Origin: a virus
Lineage: Duplodnaviria; Caudoviricetes
Reading direction: 5' to 3' (one strand)
DNA length: 64,000 nt
IMG/VR virus record: IMGVR_UViG_3300005937_000414
Span: 4,117 to 68,116 of that record
In this document: in pieces, positions 8,744 to 17,369 of the stretch
Layout: every line of letters starts with the position of its first letter
Numbering within the stretch: position 1 is the stretch's first letter
Notes under the pieces: model-generated
Told to the model about the DNA's origin: nothing
Databases searched by the model: none
What the model saw: the letters and a program-made list of their open reading frames with translations, nothing else
Program-made: the position numbers and the translations under genes

Positions 8744-9184
8744 ATGCCGGTGAAAAAAAGAACCGCTCTTAGGCTCAGGTTCGAGCAGGGATTTCAGCGT
8801 GGCGCTCCTGACGAGTGTTGGCCGTGGCTCAAAGCTCGAACGCTCAAGGGCTATGGTCGGATCTATGCCGGACGGCAAAGACTCGCCCATCAAATTTCAT
8901 ATGAGTTGTACGTTGGCTCGATTCCGTTCGGCCTGGAGATCGATCACAAATGCGAAAACAAGTGGTGCGTGAATCCAGCCCATCTGGAAGTGAAAACTAA
9001 AGGCGACCATACGAAGCGTCATGGCCCGCATCGACCGCGTTCTAGCCACTGTAAACGAGGCCATGCGCTGACGCCTGAAAGCCGTATCGAGTGGAGTACG
9101 GGAACCATGTGCCGGATCTGTCACAATGCTGGGAAGCGTGCTCGACGGAAAGGAATTACAGTCGAGGAGGAGCTATGCCTGTAA
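8744..9184 (+). CDS. HNH homing endonuclease with C-terminal Zn module
   Basis: CWPW, IDHKCENKWCVNPAHL, then HCKRGH...CRIC. Confidence 0.9.
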   Translation: MPVKKRTALRLRFEQGFQRGAPDECWPWLKARTLKGYGRIYAGRQRLAHQISYELYVGSIPFGLEIDHKCENKWCVNPAHLEVKTKGDHTKRHGPHRPRSSHCKRGHALTPESRIEWSTGTMCRICHNAGKRARRKGITVEEELCL

Positions 9185-9378
9185 AGAACCCGATTCGCCC
9201 TGGGGATGGTGATCCTCGTCACGGAAGCGTCAATGGTTACACCAACCACGCATGCCGCTGTGATCTGTGCCGGGAAGCCAACACGGAGGCGCACCGGCTG
9301 TACATGGACGGCAATGAGGAGCAGAGAAAGCGGCACGCAGCGCGTGAAAACGCTGCGTATCATGACGGAAGGCGCTGA
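9175..9378 (+). CDS. small Cys/His-rich protein
   Basis: HGSVNGYTNHACRCDLCREAN motif, common in actinophage small genes. Confidence 0.75.
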   Translation: MPVKNPIRPGDGDPRHGSVNGYTNHACRCDLCREANTEAHRLYMDGNEEQRKRHAARENAAYHDGRR

Positions 9379-9419
9379 AATGCTCCACTCTGCGCCGTAT
9401 ACACGAGGAGACGAATGAA

Positions 9420-9806
9420 ATGAGCAATCACCTGTATCGCTTGTCGGACGACCCCGAGCAGCGGCGAATTGAAATTCGCGAGCGCTATAAAGAGACACGC
9501 GAGAACGTGCGCAAGAAGATCTGGCAGAACCAGGAGGCAATCCGGCTTCGTGCTGAAAACCTTATGAACCGCTGGATCATCAAAGGGGAGATCGACCCCG
9601 ACGAGGCGATGGCGGTCGCACGGGACAGCCGCAACCTTATCGAGGAGATCCAGCGCGAGGAGTACCCTGAAGAGTTTTTCAAGACGAGCGGGCGCAGGAA
9701 GTCTCTCACGCGCTGCCCGCACTGTGCCCGGCAGTACGCGTCGCGTACCGGGCTGGACGGCCACCTGCGCCGCATGCATCCCGAGCACGCTCCAAAGAAA
9801 TCTTGA
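9420..9806 (+). CDS. protein with C-terminal C2H2 zinc finger
   Basis: CPHCARQYASRTGLDGHLRRMH fits CxxC-x12-HxxxxH. Confidence 0.75.
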   Translation: MSNHLYRLSDDPEQRRIEIRERYKETRENVRKKIWQNQEAIRLRAENLMNRWIIKGEIDPDEAMAVARDSRNLIEEIQREEYPEEFFKTSGRRKSLTRCPHCARQYASRTGLDGHLRRMHPEHAPKKS

Positions 9807-9830
9807 CACTGCATTTTCCTTTTGCTACTG
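9803..9830 (+). promoter_or_regulatory. promoter
   Basis: TTGACA-N16-TACTGT. Confidence 0.6.
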
Positions 9831-9902
9831 TGCCCGCATGACAAGCAAGCCCGAATGCAAGCGCCTGAGAGATCGAACTTACCGACAAGAGAGGATCAGG
9901 CA

Positions 9903-10124
9903 ATGAAAAGACCGCTCAACTGGCGCAAGCGGACGTATCCCTGGACGCCGACGAAGAAGGACAAGACCGTCGTGCAGAGCTTCGCGGCGATTCGCTCCGG
10001 CATCCTGCCGATCCTGGAGCTAAACCTCCAGGGCAAGCCGGAGCTTGTCTACGTGGATACCCGCACCAAGGCCGGTCTGAAGCAGTACGAGGCCGCGCTG
10101 AAAAGGGGGGTGCAAAAGTCATGA
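9903..10124 (+). CDS. basic hypothetical protein
   Basis: 73 aa, SD GAGGA. Confidence 0.65.
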   Translation: MKRPLNWRKRTYPWTPTKKDKTVVQSFAAIRSGILPILELNLQGKPELVYVDTRTKAGLKQYEAALKRGVQKS

Positions 10125-10990
10125 GCACGATGATCTCCATCGACTGGGACTTTTTCATCCCCCACGGCATGTACGAGCGGGAGATCTACCTCCCGGCCGT
10201 CAAGGACACGCTGCACGGCTCGCTCGTTTTCGACTGGCAGATGTCCGAGTCGCGCTCTGCCGACTTCGAGCGGGCGCTGTGGGAGATCCGCGCGGCGAAT
10301 TTCAAAACGTGGGGTCTGGACATCGAGGAGATGACCCGGCCGCCGCTTTCCAACCAGGATTTCATGACGGAACTGAGCATCAAGCTCAACGATGCCGTCG
10401 TGCCCGCCTGGAAGGCCGACTCCCACGCCTGGGGGTCGATCATCGCTCGCGATTACGCGAAGGTCTACGGCCCGCTCTCCGTTGTGAATTTTGATGCCCA
10501 TCACGACCTGGGCTACCGTAATACCGGCCTGCCCGTGCTCGACGCTGAAAACGGGAACGTGCATTGCGACGACTGGGCCTGGATGGCGCTCGAAAAGGGT
10601 TGGATCTCGGATTACACCGTGGTCTACCCGGACTGGCTGGGCAAGGTCGAGTGGGAGGGCGTCAAGCGTCCGTGGCTCAAGCGGTTTTCAAAGCGCGTCC
10701 ATATTCAGACGTGGAGCGAGTGGGTCATGACGAGCACGGAACTGGACGACCCAGAGGTCGGCTTCATCTGTCGCTCAAGCTCGTGGACGCCGCCGTGGCT
10801 CGACGGTGAGTTTGAAAACCTGTGCGACGAGTGGGGCTACGTGGAGTGTCTCGACTGCAACATGGGCACGGCGAACACGGATTACAACGTGTGTGAAAAG
10901 CGCGAGTGGGACTGGGCCGACGTGGACTCCCAGATCGAGGCTCGCAACGCCATGATCAAGCGCCTGGAAGAAATTCAAAATCAGGCTTGA
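10121..10990 (+). CDS. UPF0489/arginase-deacetylase-fold metallo-hydrolase
   Basis: SIDWDFF, DSH and NFDAHHD metal-binding motifs. Confidence 0.7.
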   Translation: MSTMISIDWDFFIPHGMYEREIYLPAVKDTLHGSLVFDWQMSESRSADFERALWEIRAANFKTWGLDIEEMTRPPLSNQDFMTELSIKLNDAVVPAWKADSHAWGSIIARDYAKVYGPLSVVNFDAHHDLGYRNTGLPVLDAENGNVHCDDWAWMALEKGWISDYTVVYPDWLGKVEWEGVKRPWLKRFSKRVHIQTWSEWVMTSTELDDPEVGFICRSSSWTPPWLDGEFENLCDEWGYVECLDCNMGTANTDYNVCEKREWDWADVDSQIEARNAMIKRLEEIQNQA

Positions 10991-11016
10991 CACTTTCATC
11001 GGCCGGCTGCTACTGT
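10987..11016 (+). promoter_or_regulatory. promoter
   Basis: TTGACA-N18-TACTGT. Confidence 0.65.
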
Positions 11017-11053
11017 ACTGGGCATGAGCACTTCCGACAACGAAAGGAACACC

Positions 11054-11392
11054 GTGAAGCGGTACACCCCTTCCCTTAGCAGCATCCTGTTCCACCCCGG
11101 CCAGATCGCCATGAACGCGGACTGCTATCACGCGCTCCGCGAGGTGATCGAGGACGAGGGCGAATTTCAGGCCGTCATGCGGCTCCTGATCGGCCGTCAC
11201 GTCACCGGCAACTGGGGCGACGTGGACGAGCACGACAAGGGCGTCAACAACGCGGCCGTGAAAAGTGGCGCGAGGATCATTTCCAGCTACGACGTGAACG
11301 GCGTGACGGTCTGGATCATCACCGAGGCCGCGCAGACGGACGATCCCAAAGTGCGCCAGGTGACGACGTTCCTCAGACCGATTGACTATTAG
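11054..11392 (+). CDS. conserved plasmid/phage hypothetical protein (RHxxGDWG family)
   Basis: RHVTGNWGDV...RIISSY...VWIITEA...TTFLRPIDY; GTG start after GAAAGGA (ATG 11024 is an alternative leaderless start). Confidence 0.8.
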   Translation: MKRYTPSLSSILFHPGQIAMNADCYHALREVIEDEGEFQAVMRLLIGRHVTGNWGDVDEHDKGVNNAAVKSGARIISSYDVNGVTVWIITEAAQTDDPKVRQVTTFLRPIDY

Positions 11393-11416
11393 TCCGGCAT
11401 GTTGTAGGATAGAGGA

Positions 11417-11884
11417 ATGCCTCCCACGCGGACAAGAGAGTACATCGAGAGCCGGTTTCAGCGTCAGCCAAACGGGTGCTGGCGCTGGACTGGCGCTATT
11501 AGCAATTTCAGAAACGGTGTCCCACGCTACGGTCATCTTGTGTTTGAGGGAAAGCGTTTTCAAGCGCATCGGCTCATGTGGGAGTTTTACAACGGGTCGA
11601 TCCCGGATGGTCTGTTTGTCCTTCACTCGTGCGACGATACCCTTTGTGGAAACCCTGATCACCTGTTCCTGGGCACACACCAGGACAACATGGACGACAT
11701 GATGAAAAAGGGCCGGAGCGCAGACCAGCGGGGCGAGCGCAACGCTAACGCCAAGCTCACGCGCAAGCAGGTAGTTGAAATTCGGAAGGCCAGAGGATCG
11801 CAAGAAGCCATCGCGCGGCGATTCGGAATCACGCAGTCGATGGTAAGCAAGATCAAACTCCGACAAAACTGGAAGGACTACTGA
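11417..11884 (+). CDS. HNH homing endonuclease with C-terminal HTH
   Basis: CWRW, VLHSCDDTLCGNPDHL, GTHQDN, NAKLT. Confidence 0.9.
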   Translation: MPPTRTREYIESRFQRQPNGCWRWTGAISNFRNGVPRYGHLVFEGKRFQAHRLMWEFYNGSIPDGLFVLHSCDDTLCGNPDHLFLGTHQDNMDDMMKKGRSADQRGERNANAKLTRKQVVEIRKARGSQEAIARRFGITQSMVSKIKLRQNWKDY

Positions 11885-11886
11885 AA

Positions 11887-12144
11887 ATGGACGGCATGTG
11901 CGGACTCGACGCGTGGATCACGGGCGGGCGCTATAGCTCGTCCGCGATCCGTGTCACTTGCCCGGAGTGCGAGCACGAGACGCCCGTTTTCACCGAGACG
12001 GAATACGGGCAGACGACCTGGACGCCGGAGGAGTGCGAGAAGTGCCACCGGGAGTTTTCAGGAGACGAGCAGCAGGAGCACGACACGCCCGACGACTACG
12101 AGCCTGACGACTGGCCCGAGCCGCCGGACGAGTGGGGAATTTGA
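11887..12144 (+). CDS. acidic Zn-ribbon protein
   Basis: CPEC...CEKC plus acidic tail. Confidence 0.7.
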   Translation: MDGMCGLDAWITGGRYSSSAIRVTCPECEHETPVFTETEYGQTTWTPEECEKCHREFSGDEQQEHDTPDDYEPDDWPEPPDEWGI

Positions 12145-12152
12145 AAATCCCC

Positions 12153-12181
12153 TTGACATACCCGGCGAAGCCTGCTACTGT
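12153..12181 (+). promoter_or_regulatory. promoter
   Basis: TTGACA-N17-TACTGT. Confidence 0.7.
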
Positions 12182-12216
12182 ACGCAGGCAAGCCAATCCC
12201 GACGAAAGGATCGACC

Positions 12217-12456
12217 ATGACACAGAAGGATTACACCAAGTTCGCAGAGGTGCTGGGCGAGGCTCTCGCACGCGCTCTCGTTCGCGGAGGCGAGCAGGCC
12301 CGCACGCTCGTGTACGAGACGGTCTACGAGCCGCTCACGAACGTGCTCGCGGCCGACAACCCCCGCTTCGACCGCACGAAGTTCGCGTTTTACACCGCAC
12401 AGGCCGAGCAGCGCTATGACATCACGCCGCGCCGCACCGAGATCGTGGAGGCGTGA
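12217..12456 (+). CDS. hypothetical protein (DNPRFDRxKF motif)
   Basis: 79 aa, SD GAAAGGA. Confidence 0.75.
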   Translation: MTQKDYTKFAEVLGEALARALVRGGEQARTLVYETVYEPLTNVLAADNPRFDRTKFAFYTAQAEQRYDITPRRTEIVEA

Positions 12457-12458
12457 AA

Positions 12459-12662
12459 ATGCGCTCCACCGTCATCCTCGTCAGCCTCGCTCTGATTACG
12501 CTCGCCGTCGCAGGCGTGGTCTGGGCGAGCAGCCGTGTCTACTCCTGCACGGCCACGCTCGACCATCCTTGCACCGTGAATTTCAACGGGCGCATGCAGG
12601 AGGACGAGTTTCAGATCGACTATCGTTCCGGCAAGCTCTACATTGAAAGGATCATTCCATGA
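12459..12662 (+). CDS. small membrane-anchored/secreted protein
   Basis: N-terminal hydrophobic segment; TGA-AA-ATG coupling. Confidence 0.65.
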   Translation: MRSTVILVSLALITLAVAGVVWASSRVYSCTATLDHPCTVNFNGRMQEDEFQIDYRSGKLYIERIIP

Positions 12663-13153
12663 CCGCCCAAGACCCACAAGACCCGTCGAATGCCGCCCTT
12701 TGGTGGCAGAACGAAGGCGAATTTCAGGACGAGTTCGGGAACGTGCTCACGGTCGGCTCACGCTGCATTTACGGCGTGCCTGAAGACAAGACCGATCCCG
12801 ACTACCAGTGTGTGATTTACGAGATCACGGAGCCGGATGGCGACGTGGACGAGTACGGCCGCTCGATTTACATCGCGCCGCGCGTCAAGATCCGCTTCGA
12901 CACGGGCGAGACGGATTCGATCCAGGCGAGTGTCAACCACCACCAGTCCGATTTCGACTGGACGGTTTACGACGTGTCCGACCTGGAACTGGTCAAGCCG
13001 TTTTCAGTCGGCCTGACCGAGGGCGAGACGTTTGCCTATTTCGCCACTCTGGCCGAGGCCGAGGCATGGATTGCGAACAAAGAGCAGGAAGATCCCGAGG
13101 GCGTGCTGGCCGGGAACTATTTCATTCACGGCCCCGAGCCGGAGAAGTCATGA
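12659..13153 (+). CDS. acidic hypothetical protein
   Basis: 164 aa, ATGA overlaps at both ends. Confidence 0.75.
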   Translation: MTAQDPQDPSNAALWWQNEGEFQDEFGNVLTVGSRCIYGVPEDKTDPDYQCVIYEITEPDGDVDEYGRSIYIAPRVKIRFDTGETDSIQASVNHHQSDFDWTVYDVSDLELVKPFSVGLTEGETFAYFATLAEAEAWIANKEQEDPEGVLAGNYFIHGPEPEKS

Positions 13154-13482
13154 GCTATCGCTACGGCTACGATGAAATCGCTGCGGCGCTGCGGGCGAAC
13201 GACAGGCGCGTGAACCCTGACCAGAAGTTCGAGCCGGTCGAGTCGGCCGAGGATCTGCTAGACCCCGTGTCCGACGTGCTGAAAACGTTCGGCGTGGATC
13301 CCGAGGGCGTAACCGAGGCGAGCATGCAGCGAGCACTCCGGGTCGCGGAAAGCGGTGAAATCGACGCGCTGATCGTGATCGGTGGCGGGTTTCCTCTACT
13401 GGCATCATGGGGAGCAGCCTGGATGGATGGCTTCTGCGCTGCGTTGCAGCTTCTCCGGCCGCTTGACGAGGAGTGCGAATAA
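13150..13482 (+). CDS. hypothetical protein
   Basis: 110 aa, ATGA overlap. Confidence 0.7.
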   Translation: MSYRYGYDEIAAALRANDRRVNPDQKFEPVESAEDLLDPVSDVLKTFGVDPEGVTEASMQRALRVAESGEIDALIVIGGGFPLLASWGAAWMDGFCAALQLLRPLDEECE

Positions 13483-13589
13483 CTGCTACATTGGCTCGCG
13501 TACGACTGTTTGATCCTTTCTTTTGTCGGGAAGGTAGCAAGGCAGGGAGGCCCGGTTTGATCCGCCGGGCCTCTCGCATTTTCAAGGCC

Positions 13590-13678
13590 GGACGGGATAG
13601 TCGGGTAAACCCATGCGCAGTGGAACCCGGCGCACCAGGGCGGGAGACTTGAGCCGCTTCCGCCCTCACCCCGTCCCA
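13590..13678 (+). ncRNA. candidate multi-stem (cloverleaf-like) RNA
   Basis: GGACGGG/CCCGTCC closing stem enclosing three hairpins, including a 10-bp AGGGCGGGAG/CTTCCGCCCT stem. Confidence 0.3.
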
Positions 13679-13699
13679 ACTTGAATTTCAAACCTTCCC

Positions 13700-13728
13700 T
13701 TGACACTCTCGTGTGGGCCTGCTACTGT
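13700..13728 (+). promoter_or_regulatory. promoter
   Basis: TTGACA-N17-TACTGT. Confidence 0.7.
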
Positions 13729-13771
13729 ACTTAGCGCAAGGCCCACCGACAGTAGAGAGAGGACACAGGTC

Positions 13772-14632
13772 ATGGCAGAGCAGAGGACAGACGAGCACCG
13801 GCCCAGCATGGCAGACCCGGCCGATTACGATTACATCACGGCGTTCTACCAGGGCGACTCGGACTGGATGTACATGGCGTACAAGCCGGAGATGGAGATT
13901 TACGACGAGATCATCGGCCAGGAGGAGATCTTCCAGGGTAACTGGCTTTTCAAGGGCACCTGCGACCACTGCGGCGCGGCTTTCAACCACGGCGTGCTTT
14001 TCAAGCACACCCCCTCGAACGAGATCGTCCACATCGGCCACATCTGCGCGGCGAATACCATCGGCCTGCCGGACAAGGCCGCCGCTGCCCGCAAGCGTGC
14101 TGAAAAGCAGGCCCAGGAGTTGAAGCTCCAGGCAGAGCGGCGCGAGCAGGCGGCCGGGTGGCGCGAGCAGAACGCCGAAATCGTGGACTGGATCAACTCC
14201 CGCCCCGAGGACGCCCACCCGTTTCTGCGCGATATGAAAAAGGCGCTGGAGCAGTGGGGCAAGCTCACGGACGGCCAGCTTCGCGCAACGGTCAAGTGGA
14301 TGGAGCGCGACAAGGCCCGTGCGGCTGAGCAGCCTCGCGAGACGCCCGCTACGCCGCTGGAGGAGGGTCGTTACACGATGACGGGTGTCGTCAAGAACGT
14401 CAGGTGGCAGACGGGCGATTTCGGCACCCAGTTGAAAATGCTGGTCGAGCTTCGCGACGGAAACCGCGTCTGGGGTACTTGCCCCTCGGCTCTGGCCGAT
14501 CATCTCCCCGAGGACGAGATCGTCGGCAAGTCGATCCTCTTCACCGGCACGGTCAAGCAGAAGCGCGGGGACGAGCATTTCGGTTATTTCAGTCGCCCGT
14601 CCGGTGCGAAGGTGATTCGGTTCGAGAACTGA
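13772..14632 (+). CDS. hypothetical protein with CxxC/HxxHxC Zn site and probable C-terminal OB fold
   Basis: CDHCG...HIGHIC; C-terminal beta pattern GRYTMTGVVKNV...ILFTGTVK. Confidence 0.75.
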   Translation: MAEQRTDEHRPSMADPADYDYITAFYQGDSDWMYMAYKPEMEIYDEIIGQEEIFQGNWLFKGTCDHCGAAFNHGVLFKHTPSNEIVHIGHICAANTIGLPDKAAAARKRAEKQAQELKLQAERREQAAGWREQNAEIVDWINSRPEDAHPFLRDMKKALEQWGKLTDGQLRATVKWMERDKARAAEQPRETPATPLEEGRYTMTGVVKNVRWQTGDFGTQLKMLVELRDGNRVWGTCPSALADHLPEDEIVGKSILFTGTVKQKRGDEHFGYFSRPSGAKVIRFEN

Positions 14633-14645
14633 TAGGCTAGCGGGA

Positions 14646-15095
14646 ATGAGAATCTCGCCTGCGGCGCGAGCCAGATTTGAGACGAAATTTCATCAGGGTC
14701 GGCACGATCAGTGCTGGCCCTGGTCTGGTTCTGTGAGTCGAAAAAGCCGGTACATGGTTTACGGCGTTTTTCACTACGCAGGCCAGAACCACCCGGCGCA
14801 CCGGATTGCATACAAGCTCTATGTTGGGTCGCCCGGTCGGATGTTGGTTCATCACACCTGTGAAAATCCTCTTTGTGTGAACCCGGCTCACCTGGCGTTG
14901 AAGACTCGACGCAAGCATGCGCTGTTGCACAACCCAAGGGATCGCAAGACGCATTGCCCGATTGGGCATAAGTTCACATCTGAAAACACGTTCCGGCGTG
15001 CGGACGGCAAGCGCGAGTGCCGAATCTGTCGCAACGAACGTGCCCGGCAGTACAGGTTGCATCAAAAGGAAAATGCTGCTACAGTACGTCCGTAA
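14646..15095 (+). CDS. HNH homing endonuclease with C-terminal Zn module
   Basis: CWPW, VHHTCENPLCVNPAHL, HCPIGH...CRIC. Confidence 0.9.
   Translation: MRISPAARARFETKFHQGRHDQCWPWSGSVSRKSRYMVYGVFHYAGQNHPAHRIAYKLYVGSPGRMLVHHTCENPLCVNPAHLALKTRRKHALLHNPRDRKTHCPIGHKFTSENTFRRADGKRECRICRNERARQYRLHQKENAATVRP
15057..15085 (+). promoter_or_regulatory. promoter embedded in the HNH 3' end
   Basis: TTGCAT-N17-TACAGT preceded by TGC. Confidence 0.55.
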
Positions 15096-15122
15096 GCTCT
15101 TTCCGACACGAAAGGATCACTC

Positions 15123-15482
15123 ATGACGAAGGTAAGCAAGATCACTCGCGCGGACTTGGACAAGGCCATCCTGCTACGGGAGGCGGTCACGGATTACATT
15201 CTGGCCGATGCTCTCGACGGTGTGTATCGGGAGCAGGAATGGGGCCAGATGCATGCTGCGTTTTCAACGACGGACACGGCCGCGCTGACCAAGCTTGCGG
15301 CCGATCTCAAGCGCAATCTCGACTTCGTGGAGCCGGGTACGGTTCTCAAGAGCCTGTCCCGCGCGAAGTTCCGGGCGCTCGACACGTCCGGCCTGACCAG
15401 GGTCATTCGCGAGACGCCCGGCACCAGGCTGTACGCTCGCACGCTGCTGGAAGCGAACATCGAGGAAACGCCCTTCGGCTAG
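15123..15482 (+). CDS. hypothetical protein
   Basis: 119 aa, SD GAAAGGA. Confidence 0.75.
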   Translation: MTKVSKITRADLDKAILLREAVTDYILADALDGVYREQEWGQMHAAFSTTDTAALTKLAADLKRNLDFVEPGTVLKSLSRAKFRALDTSGLTRVIRETPGTRLYARTLLEANIEETPFG

Positions 15483-15503
15483 ATCCTCCGAGATACCGTT
15501 TTC

Positions 15504-15530
15504 AAGGCCCGGCGCAAGTCGGGCCTTTTT
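15504..15530 (+). terminator. intrinsic terminator
   Basis: AGGCCCGGC-GCAA-GTCGGGCCT then TTTT. Confidence 0.75.
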
Positions 15531-15547
15531 CGTGTAGAATCGGCCGT

Positions 15548-15967
15548 ATGGATGTTCTGGAAGCTCGCATAGCGGAGAAGATCCGCGTAGAGGGGGATTG
15601 CTGGCTCTGGCAGGGTTACACCCTCGGACGCGGTGAGTACGGCGGGATTTCAGTTGACGGTACCTACAAGTACGTTCATCGGGTCATGTATGAAATTCTT
15701 ATTGGGCCGATCCCGGATGGCTTGACTCTCGATCATTTGTGCCGTCAGACCCTGTGCGCAAACCCTTTTCATTGCGAGCCGGTTACGCTGCGAGAGAACA
15801 TCTTGCGGGGAGACAGTCCGACAGCCGTTAACGCTCGAAAGTCGCACTGCATCCACGGCCACCCGCTTTCAGGTGAAAACCTGTACACCGCGCCGGACGG
15901 GCATCGTTACTGCCGCACCTGCCGCAGGCGTCTCAGGCGAGAGTCTTATTGGCGGAACGGCACCTAG
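15548..15967 (+). CDS. HNH homing endonuclease with C-terminal Zn module
   Basis: CWLW, LDHLCRQTLCANPFHCEPVT, HCIHGH...CRTC; TAGAAT 7 nt upstream suggests a leaderless mRNA. Confidence 0.88.
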   Translation: MDVLEARIAEKIRVEGDCWLWQGYTLGRGEYGGISVDGTYKYVHRVMYEILIGPIPDGLTLDHLCRQTLCANPFHCEPVTLRENILRGDSPTAVNARKSHCIHGHPLSGENLYTAPDGHRYCRTCRRRLRRESYWRNGT

Positions 15968-16009
15968 AGCGAGACGCCGTTTTCATAGCCCCGCGCAACA
16001 TACCGCCCC

Positions 16010-16050
16010 AAGCGAAGACCCCGGCCTAGGTGCCGGGGTCTTCGGCTTTT
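16010..16050 (+). terminator. intrinsic terminator
   Basis: GAAGACCCCGGC-CTAGGT-GCCGGGGTCTTC then GGCTTTT. Confidence 0.75.
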
Positions 16051-16571
16051 GCGGGACGCCGTACCCCCCGGTTTCAGCGTCCTCGGGGCGGGAGCATGAA
16101 AGCGCAGAGCATGAGCAGCATGAAAAGGATCACGAACGTCTGGCCCGACACGAGCGCCGGATCCTAGCTCACCCCCCGCAAAGCGGGCATAGTGGCAGGT
16201 TTCGACGCTCGTGTCGCACGCCGCACGCCGGGCAAGCCCCGCACATGCCCGTGGAAGCCGCTGTAAGCCTCTCTAAGCCTCTTCGGCCGTTGACTCGACA
16301 CCTGACCTTCCTGTAGGGTCGAGGCCGTCAGAGGGCGTCCTAGAGCCTCTCGTGGGTAAGCCGCAGCCCCCTGGGAGGCTCTAGGAGCCTCTCTGGCGGC
16401 TTCACAGGGTTGTCCTCACCCCCTGGCATCCCCCGTCGCCACAGAAGCCGCTAGGGAGGCCCACAGCGGCTTTGAGAGTCATGCCTGACCGGCAGCCACA
16501 GGCGCAGGGCGAAAAAGTCTCCAAAATGAGCCGCAAGGGCCGTGTCAGAGCGATCCCCCCGGATCCGGGCC

Positions 16572-17010
16572 TGAAAACATTTCAAGCCCGGCCAAAGTGT
16601 TTTCACTTTGAGTTCGAGATCTGTTCCAGACTGGTTTTCACTTCGTTTTGGGGCTGGGTTTCCGGTTTCGTGAAAACCTGGCGTCCCTTAGTGGTTTTCA
16701 CCAGGGGGGTCGTTCTCACCCCAGAAAACAGACCGGCGTTTTGAAAACGAGGGTACGGGCCACCGCTCGCTACCTGTCGGCAGATCTCGCCGCAGCGACC
16801 GTAGCCAATGTTGAAAACAGACCCAGGCAGTTGTCGGCAATGAAAACAGGGCCAGACCTGGGATCGTTTTCCACGATGAAAACAAGCAGAGCCTACTCTA
16901 GTTATCCAAACTGGCAACAACGGGAACAAAAAAATCCCGCGAGGGATCTGAGGTCAGCTAGCCGGGAGTTTGTCGAGAATGAAAACGGCCGTTTCGGCGG
17001 CCGTGAAAAC
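16572..17010. repeat. array of 11 TGAAAAC/GTTTTCA heptamers in non-coding DNA
   Basis: Copies at about 16572, 16599r, 16634r, 16671, 16694r, 16742, 16812, 16841, 16877, 16980 and 17004. Confidence 0.85.
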
Positions 17011-17356
17011 CGAAGTTACGAAACCCGTTCCGCCCGAAACGTCAGCTTGCGGTGATCGGGCATATCGGGAAAGTCTGCGAGCAACTGTCGCAAGTCGTCA
17101 CAAGTGAAATTGCGAGCGATGCGCAGTCGATTGCGACTCAAGGGAATTGAAGACCAGCGACAACCGCAGTCCTCGGTTCCAGTCCAGAGTTCGTCTCTGA
17201 AAACCTGCCTAGCGACCGTCCAAAGCTCGGACGGGTTTTCAATCCAAACCGTGCCCAGGTCGGCATCGATTGGGTTACTCGATCCTTCGTCGATGATTCT
17301 GTATTCCATGCTTGATCCTTTCAGGTATCCGGCTAGGATCCTGATCCCTCGCGGGA
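16935..17356. repeat. inverted repeat A enclosing the 97-aa gene
   Basis: TCCCGCGAGGGATC (16935-16948) and CTAGCCGG (16958-16965) are exact reverse complements of 17343-17356 and 17329-17336. Confidence 0.85.
17016..17309 (-). CDS. hypothetical protein
   Basis: 97 aa; SD context GAAAGGATCAAGCATG identical to that of the next gene upstream. Confidence 0.75.
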   Translation of the reverse strand: MEYRIIDEGSSNPIDADLGTVWIENPSELWTVARQVFRDELWTGTEDCGCRWSSIPLSRNRLRIARNFTCDDLRQLLADFPDMPDHRKLTFRAERVS

Positions 17357-17369
17357 ATGTTCGCGAGGA

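Noticed and set aside
16255-16480. AGCCTCT/CTAG-rich repeats resembling 36850-36880
   Set aside because: Only about 12 bp shared and low complexity; no function can be supported.
16572-17010. CRISPR array
   Set aside because: Repeats are 7 bp, irregularly spaced and in mixed orientation; no cas genes.
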